From contig CAVVKJ010000010.1 in NCBI GenBank assembly GCA_963748815.1, positions 448,001 to 512,000 of the forward strand: DNA of 64,000 nucleotides, given 5' to 3'. This stretch comes from an uncultured Gemmatimonadales bacterium (GTDB lineage: Bacteria; Gemmatimonadota; Gemmatimonadetes; Gemmatimonadales; GWC2-71-9). Below the pieces are notes generated by a model. That model was not told where the DNA came from and made no database searches. It saw only the letters and a list, made by a program, of their open reading frames with translations. Positions 53,774-61,993 of this stretch are shown one piece after another. How positions within the stretch are numbered: position 1 is the first letter of the stretch; each line of letters begins with the position of its first letter. The translations under genes and the position numbers were made by a program.

Positions 53774-54370
53774 TCAAGCGCGCGGCGCCCAGAGCGGCAG
53801 CCGCGTCAGCAGGAGGACGACGAGGACCAGGCCAAATCGCTCCGGCGTCGTGGCGTCCTTCTTGACCAGCCAGAGGAAGTGGAACACCCCGCCCGCTGCC
53901 GCCAGGTAGACCAGCTGATGCAGGCGCTGCCAGCGCCGGCCGCCGAGACGGCGGACCATCCCCCGGGTGGAGGTCAGCGCCAGGGGGAGCATCAGGACCC
54001 ACGCCGTGAACCCGGCCGTGACCCAGGGATGCTCCATCACGTCCTTGCGGATCATGGCCAGCGAGAGCGACTGGTCGAAGACCAGGTAGGTCAGCAGGTG
54101 GAGCGTGGCGAGGAAGAATGCAAAGGTGCCGAAGAGCCGGCGGAGCCGGATCACCTCATTCCACCCGGTCAGCCTGCGAAGCGGGGTCATCGACAGCGTG
54201 AGGAGGAGGCCGACGAGGGCCCCCTTCCCCGTCCACTCCTGGATGGTCCGGACGGGGTCGCTGCCGAGGGAGTCGTGAAAGGCCCCCCAAGTCAGCCAGG
54301 CGGGGATCCCCAACCCGACGGCCCACACCACCGGCTTGACGGCCCAGCGGACCACCTGCGCTCGGCTCAC
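53774..54370 (-). CDS. msrQ: Protein-methionine-sulfoxide reductase heme subunit
   Basis: TG.......TLSMTPLR, RLRRLFG, LALTS, WQRLHQLVY. Confidence 0.92.
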   Translation of the reverse strand: MSRAQVVRWAVKPVVWAVGLGIPAWLTWGAFHDSLGSDPVRTIQEWTGKGALVGLLLTLSMTPLRRLTGWNEVIRLRRLFGTFAFFLATLHLLTYLVFDQSLSLAMIRKDVMEHPWVTAGFTAWVLMLPLALTSTRGMVRRLGGRRWQRLHQLVYLAAAGGVFHFLWLVKKDATTPERFGLVLVVLLLTRLPLWAPRA

Positions 54371-54377
54371 GACGCGG

Positions 54378-55283
54378 TCAGTAGTTGGTGCGGAGATTCA
54401 TGCCGGCATACAGGCTGGCCACCTGGTCGCCGTAGCCATTGAACATCAGGGTGTCCTTCTTGAAGAACTCGCCCACGGGCCGCTCGCGTGCCTGGCTCCA
54501 GCGCGGATGGTCCACCTGCGGATTGACGTTGGCATAGAACCCGTATTCACTCGGGACCGCCATGTTCCAGGTGGTCATCGGCTGGGTTTCGAGGAGCCGG
54601 ATGCGGACGATGGCCTTCCCTCCCTTGAACCCATACTTCCACGGGACCACCAGGCGCAGTGGGGCGCCGTTCTGGTTGGGGAGCGGCTTGCCGTAGAGCC
54701 CGGTGGCCAAGATGGTGAGCGGGTGCATCGCCTCGTCGATCCGCAGCCCCTCGACGTAGGGCCAGGGGAGGATGTCCTGCCGCTGCCCCGGCATCTGGGC
54801 GGGGTCGTTGAGGGTGGTGAACTCGACAAACTTGGCCTTGCTGGTCGGCTCGAGCTTGCGCAGCAGGTCGGCAAGGGAAAAACCCAGCCAGGGTACGACC
54901 ATCGACCATCCCTCGACGCAGCGATGCCGGTAGATGCGCTCCTGCGTGGGGAGCGGCCGGATCAGGTCGTCGTACTCGAACCGGCCGGTGCGCTTGGCCG
55001 CCCCGGACACCTCGATGGTCCACGGCGACACCCGCAGCGCCCCGGCGAGCTTGGCCGGTGATTCCTTGCTGGTGCCGAACTCGTAATAGTTGTTGTACGT
55101 GGTGATGGTGTCGTACGGCGTGGGCTTGAGGTCGTCCGGGCCGGCGAGGGCGCGCAGGCGCGGCGGCAGCAGCGCCCCAAGGGCGACGCCGCCGGCAGCG
55201 GCGACAAAGGCGCGCCGGTTGACGTAGACCGATTCCGGGGTGATGGCAGATGCGGGGAGGTCCCCGCCGCGGCGGATAAGCAC
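54378..55283 (-). CDS. msrP: Protein-methionine-sulfoxide reductase catalytic subunit
   Basis: Tat motif [47 protein letters not shown]. Confidence 0.95.
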   Translation of the reverse strand: MLIRRGGDLPASAITPESVYVNRRAFVAAAGGVALGALLPPRLRALAGPDDLKPTPYDTITTYNNYYEFGTSKESPAKLAGALRVSPWTIEVSGAAKRTGRFEYDDLIRPLPTQERIYRHRCVEGWSMVVPWLGFSLADLLRKLEPTSKAKFVEFTTLNDPAQMPGQRQDILPWPYVEGLRIDEAMHPLTILATGLYGKPLPNQNGAPLRLVVPWKYGFKGGKAIVRIRLLETQPMTTWNMAVPSEYGFYANVNPQVDHPRWSQARERPVGEFFKKDTLMFNGYGDQVASLYAGMNLRTNY

Positions 55284-55343
55284 AGGTCAGGCTCCGGAGG
55301 ATGACGCTAACTATACGCTGAAGTCCGGCGGAGGGTTCCCCGA

Positions 55344-55375
55344 AGGCGGGGAGGCGGGGAGGCGGGGAGGCGGGG
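55344..55375 (+). repeat. Octamer tandem repeat (AGGCGGGG)x4
   Basis: Four perfect copies. Confidence 0.9.
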
Positions 55376-55398
55376 CCGAAGGTGCGGCCCCCTACTAT

Positions 55399-55562
55399 GG
55401 GTGTCTACAGGCGGTCTCACGGAATTGGTTAACCGTGGGCGTTCCTGGCATCCCGCACGTTGGGTCGAATTCGTTTGAATAGGGGTGGGCATATGCCCAC
55501 CCCGGTCGATGGGCCCACGCATGCGGTTGCTTTCAACGGGTCCGCGTCGCTACAGCGACACC
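55399..55562. ncRNA. Candidate structured RNA or element remnant downstream of tRNA-Ser(GGA)
   Basis: Closing stem GGTGTC/GACACC, nested helices, apical 22-nt palindrome GGGGTGGGCATATGCCCACCCC; no credible ORF. Confidence 0.4.
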
Positions 55563-55593
55563 AGCCGAGCCGCGGCTTCAGCCGCGATAACAG

Positions 55594-55682
55594 CGGACAG
55601 GGAGGGATTCGAACCCTCGAAACGGCGTAAACCGTTTACACGCTTTCCAGGCGTGCCTCTTAAACCACTCGAGCACCCGTCC
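55594..55682 (-). tRNA. tRNA-Ser(GGA)
   Basis: GGACGGG acceptor, CACGC-CTGGAAA-GCGTG anticodon arm, long variable arm, GTTCGAATC; CCA not encoded. Confidence 0.97.
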
Positions 55683-55708
55683 AGGACGGCCGACTTCAGC
55701 CGCGGGGC

Positions 55709-55737
55709 ATACTAGCCGCGGGATGGGGTGAGGTCAA
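55709..55737 (-). promoter_or_regulatory. tRNA-Ser(GGA) promoter
   Basis: TTGACC-N17-TAGTAT, same hexamers as the rpsT promoter. Confidence 0.75.
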
Positions 55738-55755
55738 CGTCCTGCACGCGCCGCC

Positions 55756-57384
55756 TCACTGCGCCTTGGAGTCCTTGAGGAACCGGATCCACTCGCCGCG
55801 ATCGGCCATGCGGTTGTCGATCGGCGTCGGGGGGAGCGTCGAGGGGATGTGTTCGTCCCACCATTCCCGGGCCCTCGCCGGGGTCCACGGGGAGTCAAAG
55901 CGGAGGCCATCCAGCATCCCCATCAGCGCCTCCGCATCGGCCGGGCGGTCGTTGGGCGCCTTGGCCATGCAGGCCAGCACGACGTCGTCGAGCTCCGCCG
56001 AGACCGGGTATCGGGCTTTGGCCGACGGCCTTGGCGGAGGCGCGTTGGCCTGCTTGAACAGCATCTGCACGGTGTTGGTGGCGAAGAACGGAAGGTCGCC
56101 CGTCAGGAGCCAGTAGGCCGTGCATCCGAGGGCGTAGATGTCCACGCGGTGGTCGACGTCCGGGTCGCCGAGCGCCAGTTCCGGCGCCATGAAGGCGGGG
56201 GTGCCGGTGAGCGCGTCGGCGGCGGTCAGCTTCATGTCGGCCGGCTCGCTGGCCACGTTTTCTTTCACGAGGCCAAAGTCGAGCACCTTGACGAAGTCCA
56301 CCTCCACCCCGGCCCTGCAGGCGAAGAGGTTCGATGGCTTGATGTCGCGATGGACGAGGTTGCGCCGATGCGCCTCGGCGAGGGAGAGGCAGGCCTGGCG
56401 GAGCAGGTACACCACCCGTTCGCTCGGCAGCGGCCCGAACTTCTTCCCCATGTCCTCGAGACTCATGCCCACCAGCAGCTCCATCGCGTAGAAGAAGCTC
56501 CCGTCACCGGTCGGCCCAAAGTCATAGAGCGCAATGGTGTGGGGGGAGGTGAGCCCCGCCGCCGCGGCCGCCTCGCGGCGGAAACGCTCCATCGCGGTCC
56601 GTGCCGTTTCGGCGCTGACGCCCTTGATGTTGTCGGTGCGGATCAGCTTGACGGCCGCGGGCCGGGCGAGGAGCTGGTGGGTGGCGTGGAACACCTGTCC
56701 CATGCCTCCCTCGCCGAGCAGCTTGCCGAGGCGGTAGGCCCCGATTTCCCGCGCCTTCTTGACCGCCTGGCCCAGCTCCCGGATGAGGCGGGCCGGGAGC
56801 ACGGCGATGGCGGCTGAGAGGAAGGGGGGCACGACCAGCACGGCCACGGAGATCGATTCGGCGGGCAGCGCCACGCCGCGGAACCGGGCCATGAGGAGCG
56901 CCACGGGCACCGTCATGGCCGCGAGGAGGGAGACTACCAGGGTGCGCCGGGGCGACTCCGCGACAATCAGCGGGTACAGAAGAATGATGATGTTGACCCA
57001 CGACAGCCGTCCAGGCTGCGAAATCGGAACCCGTGCCTCGAGGATGGCCAGCATCAGGCAGGTGCCCACCATCAGGAGGGCGGCGGCGTCGCGCAGCCAG
57101 TGCGATCGCGGCCCCACCCGCCGGGCGACGAGAGCCAAACCCACGCCGCCGAGGATGCCGGCGAGGGCGAAGTACCGCCCCGGTTCCGGCCAGGTCGCCT
57201 CGAGATTCGGCATCGCCGAACTGAAGAAGCGCCCGGCGATCCCCATGAACACGATGATGACAAGCCAGATGGCCGCGATCGCCAGCCCCGCAACGCCGAT
57301 GCGCTTGCGGGCTTCCTCGAGCAGGTCGTCCGGGAGGAAGGTCGAGGAGGCGAGCAGGCTCCGCTGGCCGGTGGGCATGGTCAT
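55756..57384 (-). CDS. Hanks-type Ser/Thr protein kinase with multi-TM N-terminus
   Basis: LGEGGMGQV, AVK, HRDIKPSN, DFGL, GTPAFMAPE, DIYALG; about 6 TM helices before the kinase domain. Confidence 0.93.
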   Translation of the reverse strand: MTMPTGQRSLLASSTFLPDDLLEEARKRIGVAGLAIAAIWLVIIVFMGIAGRFFSSAMPNLEATWPEPGRYFALAGILGGVGLALVARRVGPRSHWLRDAAALLMVGTCLMLAILEARVPISQPGRLSWVNIIILLYPLIVAESPRRTLVVSLLAAMTVPVALLMARFRGVALPAESISVAVLVVPPFLSAAIAVLPARLIRELGQAVKKAREIGAYRLGKLLGEGGMGQVFHATHQLLARPAAVKLIRTDNIKGVSAETARTAMERFRREAAAAAGLTSPHTIALYDFGPTGDGSFFYAMELLVGMSLEDMGKKFGPLPSERVVYLLRQACLSLAEAHRRNLVHRDIKPSNLFACRAGVEVDFVKVLDFGLVKENVASEPADMKLTAADALTGTPAFMAPELALGDPDVDHRVDIYALGCTAYWLLTGDLPFFATNTVQMLFKQANAPPPRPSAKARYPVSAELDDVVLACMAKAPNDRPADAEALMGMLDGLRFDSPWTPARAREWWDEHIPSTLPPTPIDNRMADRGEWIRFLKDSKAQ

Positions 57385-57394
57385 TCGAGGTTCC

Positions 57395-57751
57395 TCAGGC
57401 GGACGCGGCAGCGCGTCGTTGGCGTTCGGCGTGCAACGCGGCGGATTCCAGCGTCGAACTGCCTCCGAGGCTGACGAGCCCAAGCCCGAGGCCCTTGAGG
57501 GCGTTCTCCCAGAGAATGGCGCCGGTGACCGGGTCAAGGCAGAAGAGGTAGCCACCGGTGGCCGCGAGCAGACGCTCCCCCTGCACCCCGACGGTCACGA
57601 AGCTGCGACCCCGCACCTTGGTGCGCCAGACCTCTCGGCCGGTGGCCCCCTCCAGGGCGACCACATGGCCCTGCGCTCCGACGTAGATCCGGTCCCGCGG
57701 CATCTCCGGCATGGTGATCCTCCGAGCGAGTCGATTGGCCCCACGCGCCAC
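57395..57751 (-). CDS. Small PQQ-like beta-propeller repeat protein
   Basis: VVALEGATGREVW, LFCLDPVTGAILW. Start at 57751 or 57712. Confidence 0.8.
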   Translation of the reverse strand: MARGANRLARRITMPEMPRDRIYVGAQGHVVALEGATGREVWRTKVRGRSFVTVGVQGERLLAATGGYLFCLDPVTGAILWENALKGLGLGLVSLGGSSTLESAALHAERQRRAAASA

Positions 57752-57792
57752 GCCCTCTATCTTACATCAACCTTTCACCGGTGGGAGTCCCC

Positions 57793-58711
57793 ATGAGTCA
57801 CCTCGTTCTCGGCTTCTTCGTCCTGGTCATCGGCTCGCTCGTGCTGCTGGGCGCGGCGGGGATCCGGGCCAAGGGTCCGTCGCAAGGCGGCGCCATCGGA
57901 CGGGCGCTCGGCATGGGCCTCCTCGGGCTCGGCGGATTCATCCTGGTCACGCTCGGCCGTCGTGGTCATCCAGCCCGGCACGGTGGGGGTGCGGCACGCC
58001 TTCGGCACCGTCGATCCGACGGCCTTGCTGCCGGGCATCCGGTTCGTGACCCCCTGGTCGGAAATCGAGCGGTACTCCACCCGCGAGGAGCAGTTCCCCG
58101 AGGTGGGCGACGAGGCGGAGCGCATGGACGCCCTCTCGAGCGAGCAGATGTCGATGAAGGTGGACGCCGCCCTCCGCTACCAGATCGATCCGATCCTGGC
58201 GCCGCGGCTCTTCCAGGAAATCGGCGGGCAAGCGCAGATCGACAACATCGTCCGGAACGCCATCCGCAACGGCGTGCGCGACGGGATGGTCGAGTTCTCG
58301 ATCAACCAGGTCTCGCAGCGGAACCTGATCGCCCAGCGGATGGAGGACGAAGTCGACTCCGCGCTGGTGACCACGCCGCGCGAAGGAGGCGAGCCGTTCC
58401 GGATCGCCAAGGTCACGGCCTTCTACCTCCGCAACCTCGAGCCGCCCACGCAGGTGGTCCAGGCGATCAACAACAAGATCGCCCAGGAACAGCAGATCGA
58501 GACCGAGAAGCACCGGGTCGAGGTGGCGCGCCTGCAGAGCGACCAGCAGCGGCTGCTCAACCTGACGCTGACGCCCGAGCAGCTTACCAAGCAGTACCTC
58601 GAGGTCCTGCACGACATGAAGGGGTCGAGCAACATGGTGATCATGGTGCCGACCGAAGGCGGGATTCCGGTGCTGGATGTGGGGACGCTGCGGAAGAACC
58701 TGAAGGACTAG
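57793..58711 (+). CDS. SPFH/prohibitin-family membrane protein (apparent +1 frameshift near 57951)
   Basis: Two N-terminal TMs, VIQPGTVGV, PGIRFVTPW, AINNKIAQEQ. 919 nt (3n+1). Confidence 0.88.
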
Positions 58712-58712
58712 G

Positions 58713-58757
58713 AAGCGGGGAAGCGGGGCAAGCGGGGAAGCGGGGAAGCGGGGAAGC
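58713..58757 (+). repeat. Octamer tandem repeat (AAGCGGGG)x5.5
   Basis: Five copies plus AAGC; one extra C at 58729. Confidence 0.9.
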
Positions 58758-58770
58758 AATGTCGAATAGC

Positions 58771-58841
58771 CGTCATCCCGGCGCAAGCCGGGATCCACTT
58801 TCGGCGAGGTCACTTGGACCCCGGCTTTCGCCGGGGTGACG
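58771..58841. repeat. CGTC-tagged palindromic repeat dimer (REP-like)
   Basis: CGTCATCCCGGCGCAAGCCGGGATCCA ... TGGACCCCGGCTTTCGCCGGGGTGACG: two inverted units, each a GNRA-loop hairpin. Confidence 0.8.
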
Positions 58842-58856
58842 AATCGCGACGGAAGA

Positions 58857-58874
58857 GGACAGGGTGGGATTCGA
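58857..58874 (-). repeat. 18-bp duplicate of the tRNA-Ser(CGA) 3' end (att-like)
   Basis: GGACAGGGTGGGATTCGA identical to 58922-58939. Confidence 0.85.
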
Positions 58875-58920
58875 TCCGAAGCCCACCAGCCGAGCCCGCG
58901 GGTCCGGATCATGCTTCGAA

Positions 58921-59007
58921 CGGACAGGGTGGGATTCGAACCCACGAGACCCTTGCGGGCCCACCGGTTTTCGAGACCGGCTCCTTCAGCCACTCGGACA
59001 CCTGTCC
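58921..59007 (-). tRNA. tRNA-Ser(CGA)
   Basis: GGACAGG acceptor, CCGGT-CTCGAAA-ACCGG anticodon arm, long variable arm, GTTCGAATC; CCA not encoded. Confidence 0.97.
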
Positions 59008-59083
59008 TGGTCCGCCCGAACTCGGCGGACGTCAATACTAGTGACGGAACAGCGATTTTTCCAGCAGGAGACGAAGGATTTCA

Positions 59084-60688
59084 GTGACTGCCATCCAGCC
59101 CGACGAGGATCTCGCCCGCGCCGTCGCCCGGCGCCGGACCTTTGCCATCATCAGCCATCCCGACGCCGGCAAGACCACCCTGACCGAGAAGCTGCTGCTC
59201 TATGGCGGGGCCATCCATCTGGCGGGGACGGTCAAGGCGCGGCGCGCCGACCGCCACGTCACCTCCGACTGGATGGAGCTGGAGCGGCAGCGCGGCATCT
59301 CGGTGACCTCCAGCGTGCTGCAGTTCGAGTACGCCGATTGCCAGGTCAACCTGCTCGACACCCCCGGCCACCAGGACTTCTCCGAGGACACCTACCGCAC
59401 CCTGGTGGCCGCCGACAGCGCCGTGATGCTGCTCGACAACCGGAAGGGGGTCGAGGAACGCACCCGCCAGCTCTTCGACGTCTGCAAGCGCCGCCGGATG
59501 CCGATCGTCACCTTCGTCAACAAGTGCGACCGGGCCGGCGTCGATCCGATGACCCTCCTCGGCGACGTCGAACGCGACCTGGACATCGCCTGCTGGCCCG
59601 CCACCTGGCCGGTCTACCAGGGCGACCGGTTCGTCGGCGTGGTGGACCGGAGCGCCAACGAAGTGCTGCTCTTCGACCGGCGCACCGACCACGGCGCCTC
59701 CCGCGCGCAGACCCAGCGGTACGCGCTGACCGATCCCGCCCTCGCCAGGGAACTCGGAGCGGAGGCGGTGTCGCAGCTGTCGGACGAACTCCAGCTGCTC
59801 GACGGCGCCGGGCATGCCTTCGACCGCGATGCCTTCCTGGCCGGCACGCTCTCCCCGGTCTATTTCGGCAGCGCGCTCAGCAACTACGGCGTCGAGCCGT
59901 TCCTCCGGGAGTTCCTGACCCTGGCGCCGTCGCCGGTGGCACGCGAGTCGTCCATCGGCCCGATCTCACCCGTGTCCACCGATTTCACCGGCTTCGTCTT
60001 CAAGATCCAGGCGAACATGGACCCGCGGCACCGGGACCGCGTCGCGTTCGTGCGGATCTGCTCAGGACATTTCGAGGCGGGCATGGATGTCCGCCAGGTG
60101 CGCACCGGGAAGACGCTGCGGCTCTCCGCGCCGCAGCAGTTCATGGCCCGCGAGCGGATCAGCATCGAGGAAGCGTGGCCGGGCGACGTGATCGGGATCA
60201 TGGATCGCGGCGGCCTCCGCATCGGCGACACCCTCTCCGCCGGCGCGGATCTCGAGTTCCACGACATTCCGCGCTTTCCCCCGGAGCACTTCGCGCGCGC
60301 GTATCCCGCCGACCCGCTGCGGCGCAAGCAGCTGGACACGGGGCTGCGGGAGCTCTCCGAGGAGGGGGCGGCCCAGGTGTTCTACGCCGAGAGCGAGACG
60401 GGGCCCGCCCCGATCGTCGGCGCCATCGGGCAACTGCAGTTCGACGTGATGCTCTTCCGGCTGGAGAACGAGTACGGCGCCCCCTGCCGGTTCGAGCCGG
60501 TGGGCTACCGATATCCCCGGTGGGTCACCGGCACGCCCGACGCGATCGAGCAGGCGGCCTCCGCTCGCGGGCGCCTGCGGCTCTACGACACCAAGGGGCA
60601 CCCGCTGCTGTTGTTCGAGAACGAATGGGCGTTGCGGTGGGCGCAGGAGAACGAACGGAAGCTCCAGTTCCACGAGGTGGCGCCGTAG
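59084..60688 (+). CDS. prfC: Peptide chain release factor 3
   Basis: RRTFAIISHPDAGKTTLTEKLLL, DTPGHQDFSEDTYR, FKIQANMDPRHRDR, GQLQFDV. Confidence 0.97.
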   Translation: MTAIQPDEDLARAVARRRTFAIISHPDAGKTTLTEKLLLYGGAIHLAGTVKARRADRHVTSDWMELERQRGISVTSSVLQFEYADCQVNLLDTPGHQDFSEDTYRTLVAADSAVMLLDNRKGVEERTRQLFDVCKRRRMPIVTFVNKCDRAGVDPMTLLGDVERDLDIACWPATWPVYQGDRFVGVVDRSANEVLLFDRRTDHGASRAQTQRYALTDPALARELGAEAVSQLSDELQLLDGAGHAFDRDAFLAGTLSPVYFGSALSNYGVEPFLREFLTLAPSPVARESSIGPISPVSTDFTGFVFKIQANMDPRHRDRVAFVRICSGHFEAGMDVRQVRTGKTLRLSAPQQFMARERISIEEAWPGDVIGIMDRGGLRIGDTLSAGADLEFHDIPRFPPEHFARAYPADPLRRKQLDTGLRELSEEGAAQVFYAESETGPAPIVGAIGQLQFDVMLFRLENEYGAPCRFEPVGYRYPRWVTGTPDAIEQAASARGRLRLYDTKGHPLLLFENEWALRWAQENERKLQFHEVAP

Positions 60689-60710
60689 GCCGGCCTCACG
60701 CTGGATGTGC

Positions 60711-60741
60711 AACGGGCCACCGAGAGCTTCGGTGGCCCGTT
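60711..60741. terminator. Hairpin between convergent genes
   Basis: AACGGGCCACCGA-GAGCT-TCGGTGGCCCGTT. Confidence 0.65.
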
Positions 60742-60772
60742 GGGCATCCGTGCTGGAGCGCCGCCCCCTGCC

Positions 60773-61405
60773 CTACGCGGCCTGCCGGTCGGCGCGCACC
60801 CGCCGCGATACCGTCCCGAAGACGTAGTCCCAGACCGGCGAGCTGACGCCGTAGCCCAGGTCGTCGTCCCGGTAATGGTGCCGCAGGTGGTACTCCCGGA
60901 GGAACTTGCCGACGCGGCTGTCCATCTTCCAGTGGTGGGTGGCATAGTGGGTCGTGTCGTAGATGACGTACCCCACGAGGAATCCGGCGAAGATGGCGGG
61001 GTACAGCGTCCCGAACACCCCGTTGAATGCCACGCCGAAGAGGGCGGCGAGCGGGAGGCTCACCGGCGGCGGCATCACGAGGCGGGTGTGGTCCTGCGGA
61101 TAGTCGTGGTGGATGCCGTGCATGAGGAAGTGGAGCTTCTGTCCGATGCGGCTCTTGGGCTGGTAGTGGAACACCCAGCGATGCAGGGAGTACTCGGTCA
61201 GCGACCAGATGAAGAGCCCCGCCAGGACCAGGCCGAGGACCATCGGCCAGGAGCCCGCCTGCAGCCCCTGCCAGAGGAACCACCCCGCGATCGGCAGGAA
61301 GACGACGGCCGGCGTGGCGGGATGGATGTGGGTGAGACGCTCGAGCATCGGGTTCTCGAACAGGGGAATCGTCTCGTCCTTGTTCGATACGAATTTGGCG
61401 GGCAT
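60773..61405 (-). CDS. Fatty acid hydroxylase/sterol desaturase family protein
   Basis: His boxes HRWVFH, HGIHH, HYATHH, HLRHH; RLVMPP, YGVSSPVWDYVFGT. Confidence 0.9.
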   Translation of the reverse strand: MPAKFVSNKDETIPLFENPMLERLTHIHPATPAVVFLPIAGWFLWQGLQAGSWPMVLGLVLAGLFIWSLTEYSLHRWVFHYQPKSRIGQKLHFLMHGIHHDYPQDHTRLVMPPPVSLPLAALFGVAFNGVFGTLYPAIFAGFLVGYVIYDTTHYATHHWKMDSRVGKFLREYHLRHHYRDDDLGYGVSSPVWDYVFGTVSRRVRADRQAA

Positions 61406-61525
61406 GGCGACACTCCAGGACCTTGTTCACCGGCGCCGATGCGCTCCCATGCGCACGGTCTGCGGTTGTCTAACATAATCAGTCGCAGCGTGTTACGTCA
61501 ACCAATCCGCACCTTTCAGGTCGTG

Positions 61526-61985
61526 TTAGCGGCGGGCCCGAAAGAACTCCTTCAGCAGCTCCCCGCACTCCGCCTCCAGCACTCCACCCACGACCTCGGG
61601 GCGATGGTTGAGACGGGGATGCCGCAGGATGTCATGCACCGATCCGGCCATGCCAGCACGCTGGTCCCAGGCGCCGAAGACGACCGTGCCGACCTTCGCG
61701 AGGACGATGGCGCCGGCGCACTGCGCGCACGGCTCCAGTGTGACGAAGAGCGTCGCATCGACCAACCGATCCTCCCCCGCCTCCGCCACCGCGGCCTGGA
61801 TCGCCAGGAGTTCGGCGTGCGCGGTGGGGTCCTTCCGATGCACCATCTCGTTGTGCGCCTGCCCGATGACCTTCCCCTCCCGGACGACGAGCGCGCCGAC
61901 CGGCACCTCCTCCCGGACGGCAGCCGCCCGCGCCAGCCGCAGCGCCGCCTCCATCCAGGCCACGTCGGCCGGCGACGCGCCGCCC

Positions 61986-61993
<8 letters not shown>
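61526..61993 (-). CDS. tadA: tRNA adenosine(34) deaminase
   Basis: [34 protein letters not shown]. Confidence 0.93.

Noticed and set aside
55307..55522. 71-aa ORF over the structured element
   Set aside because: No SD or codon bias, and it reads through a palindrome and the octamer repeat.
55399..55590. SAM-I, cobalamin, glycine, Moco riboswitch or SRP RNA identity
   Set aside because: Only short fragments resemble these (GCAACC, GCCAGGA, GCCGAAGG); the required core motifs and their order are missing by eye.
58713..58939. CRISPR array or intact integrative element
   Set aside because: The repeats have no spacers or regular period, and no cas, integrase or transposase gene is in the window.
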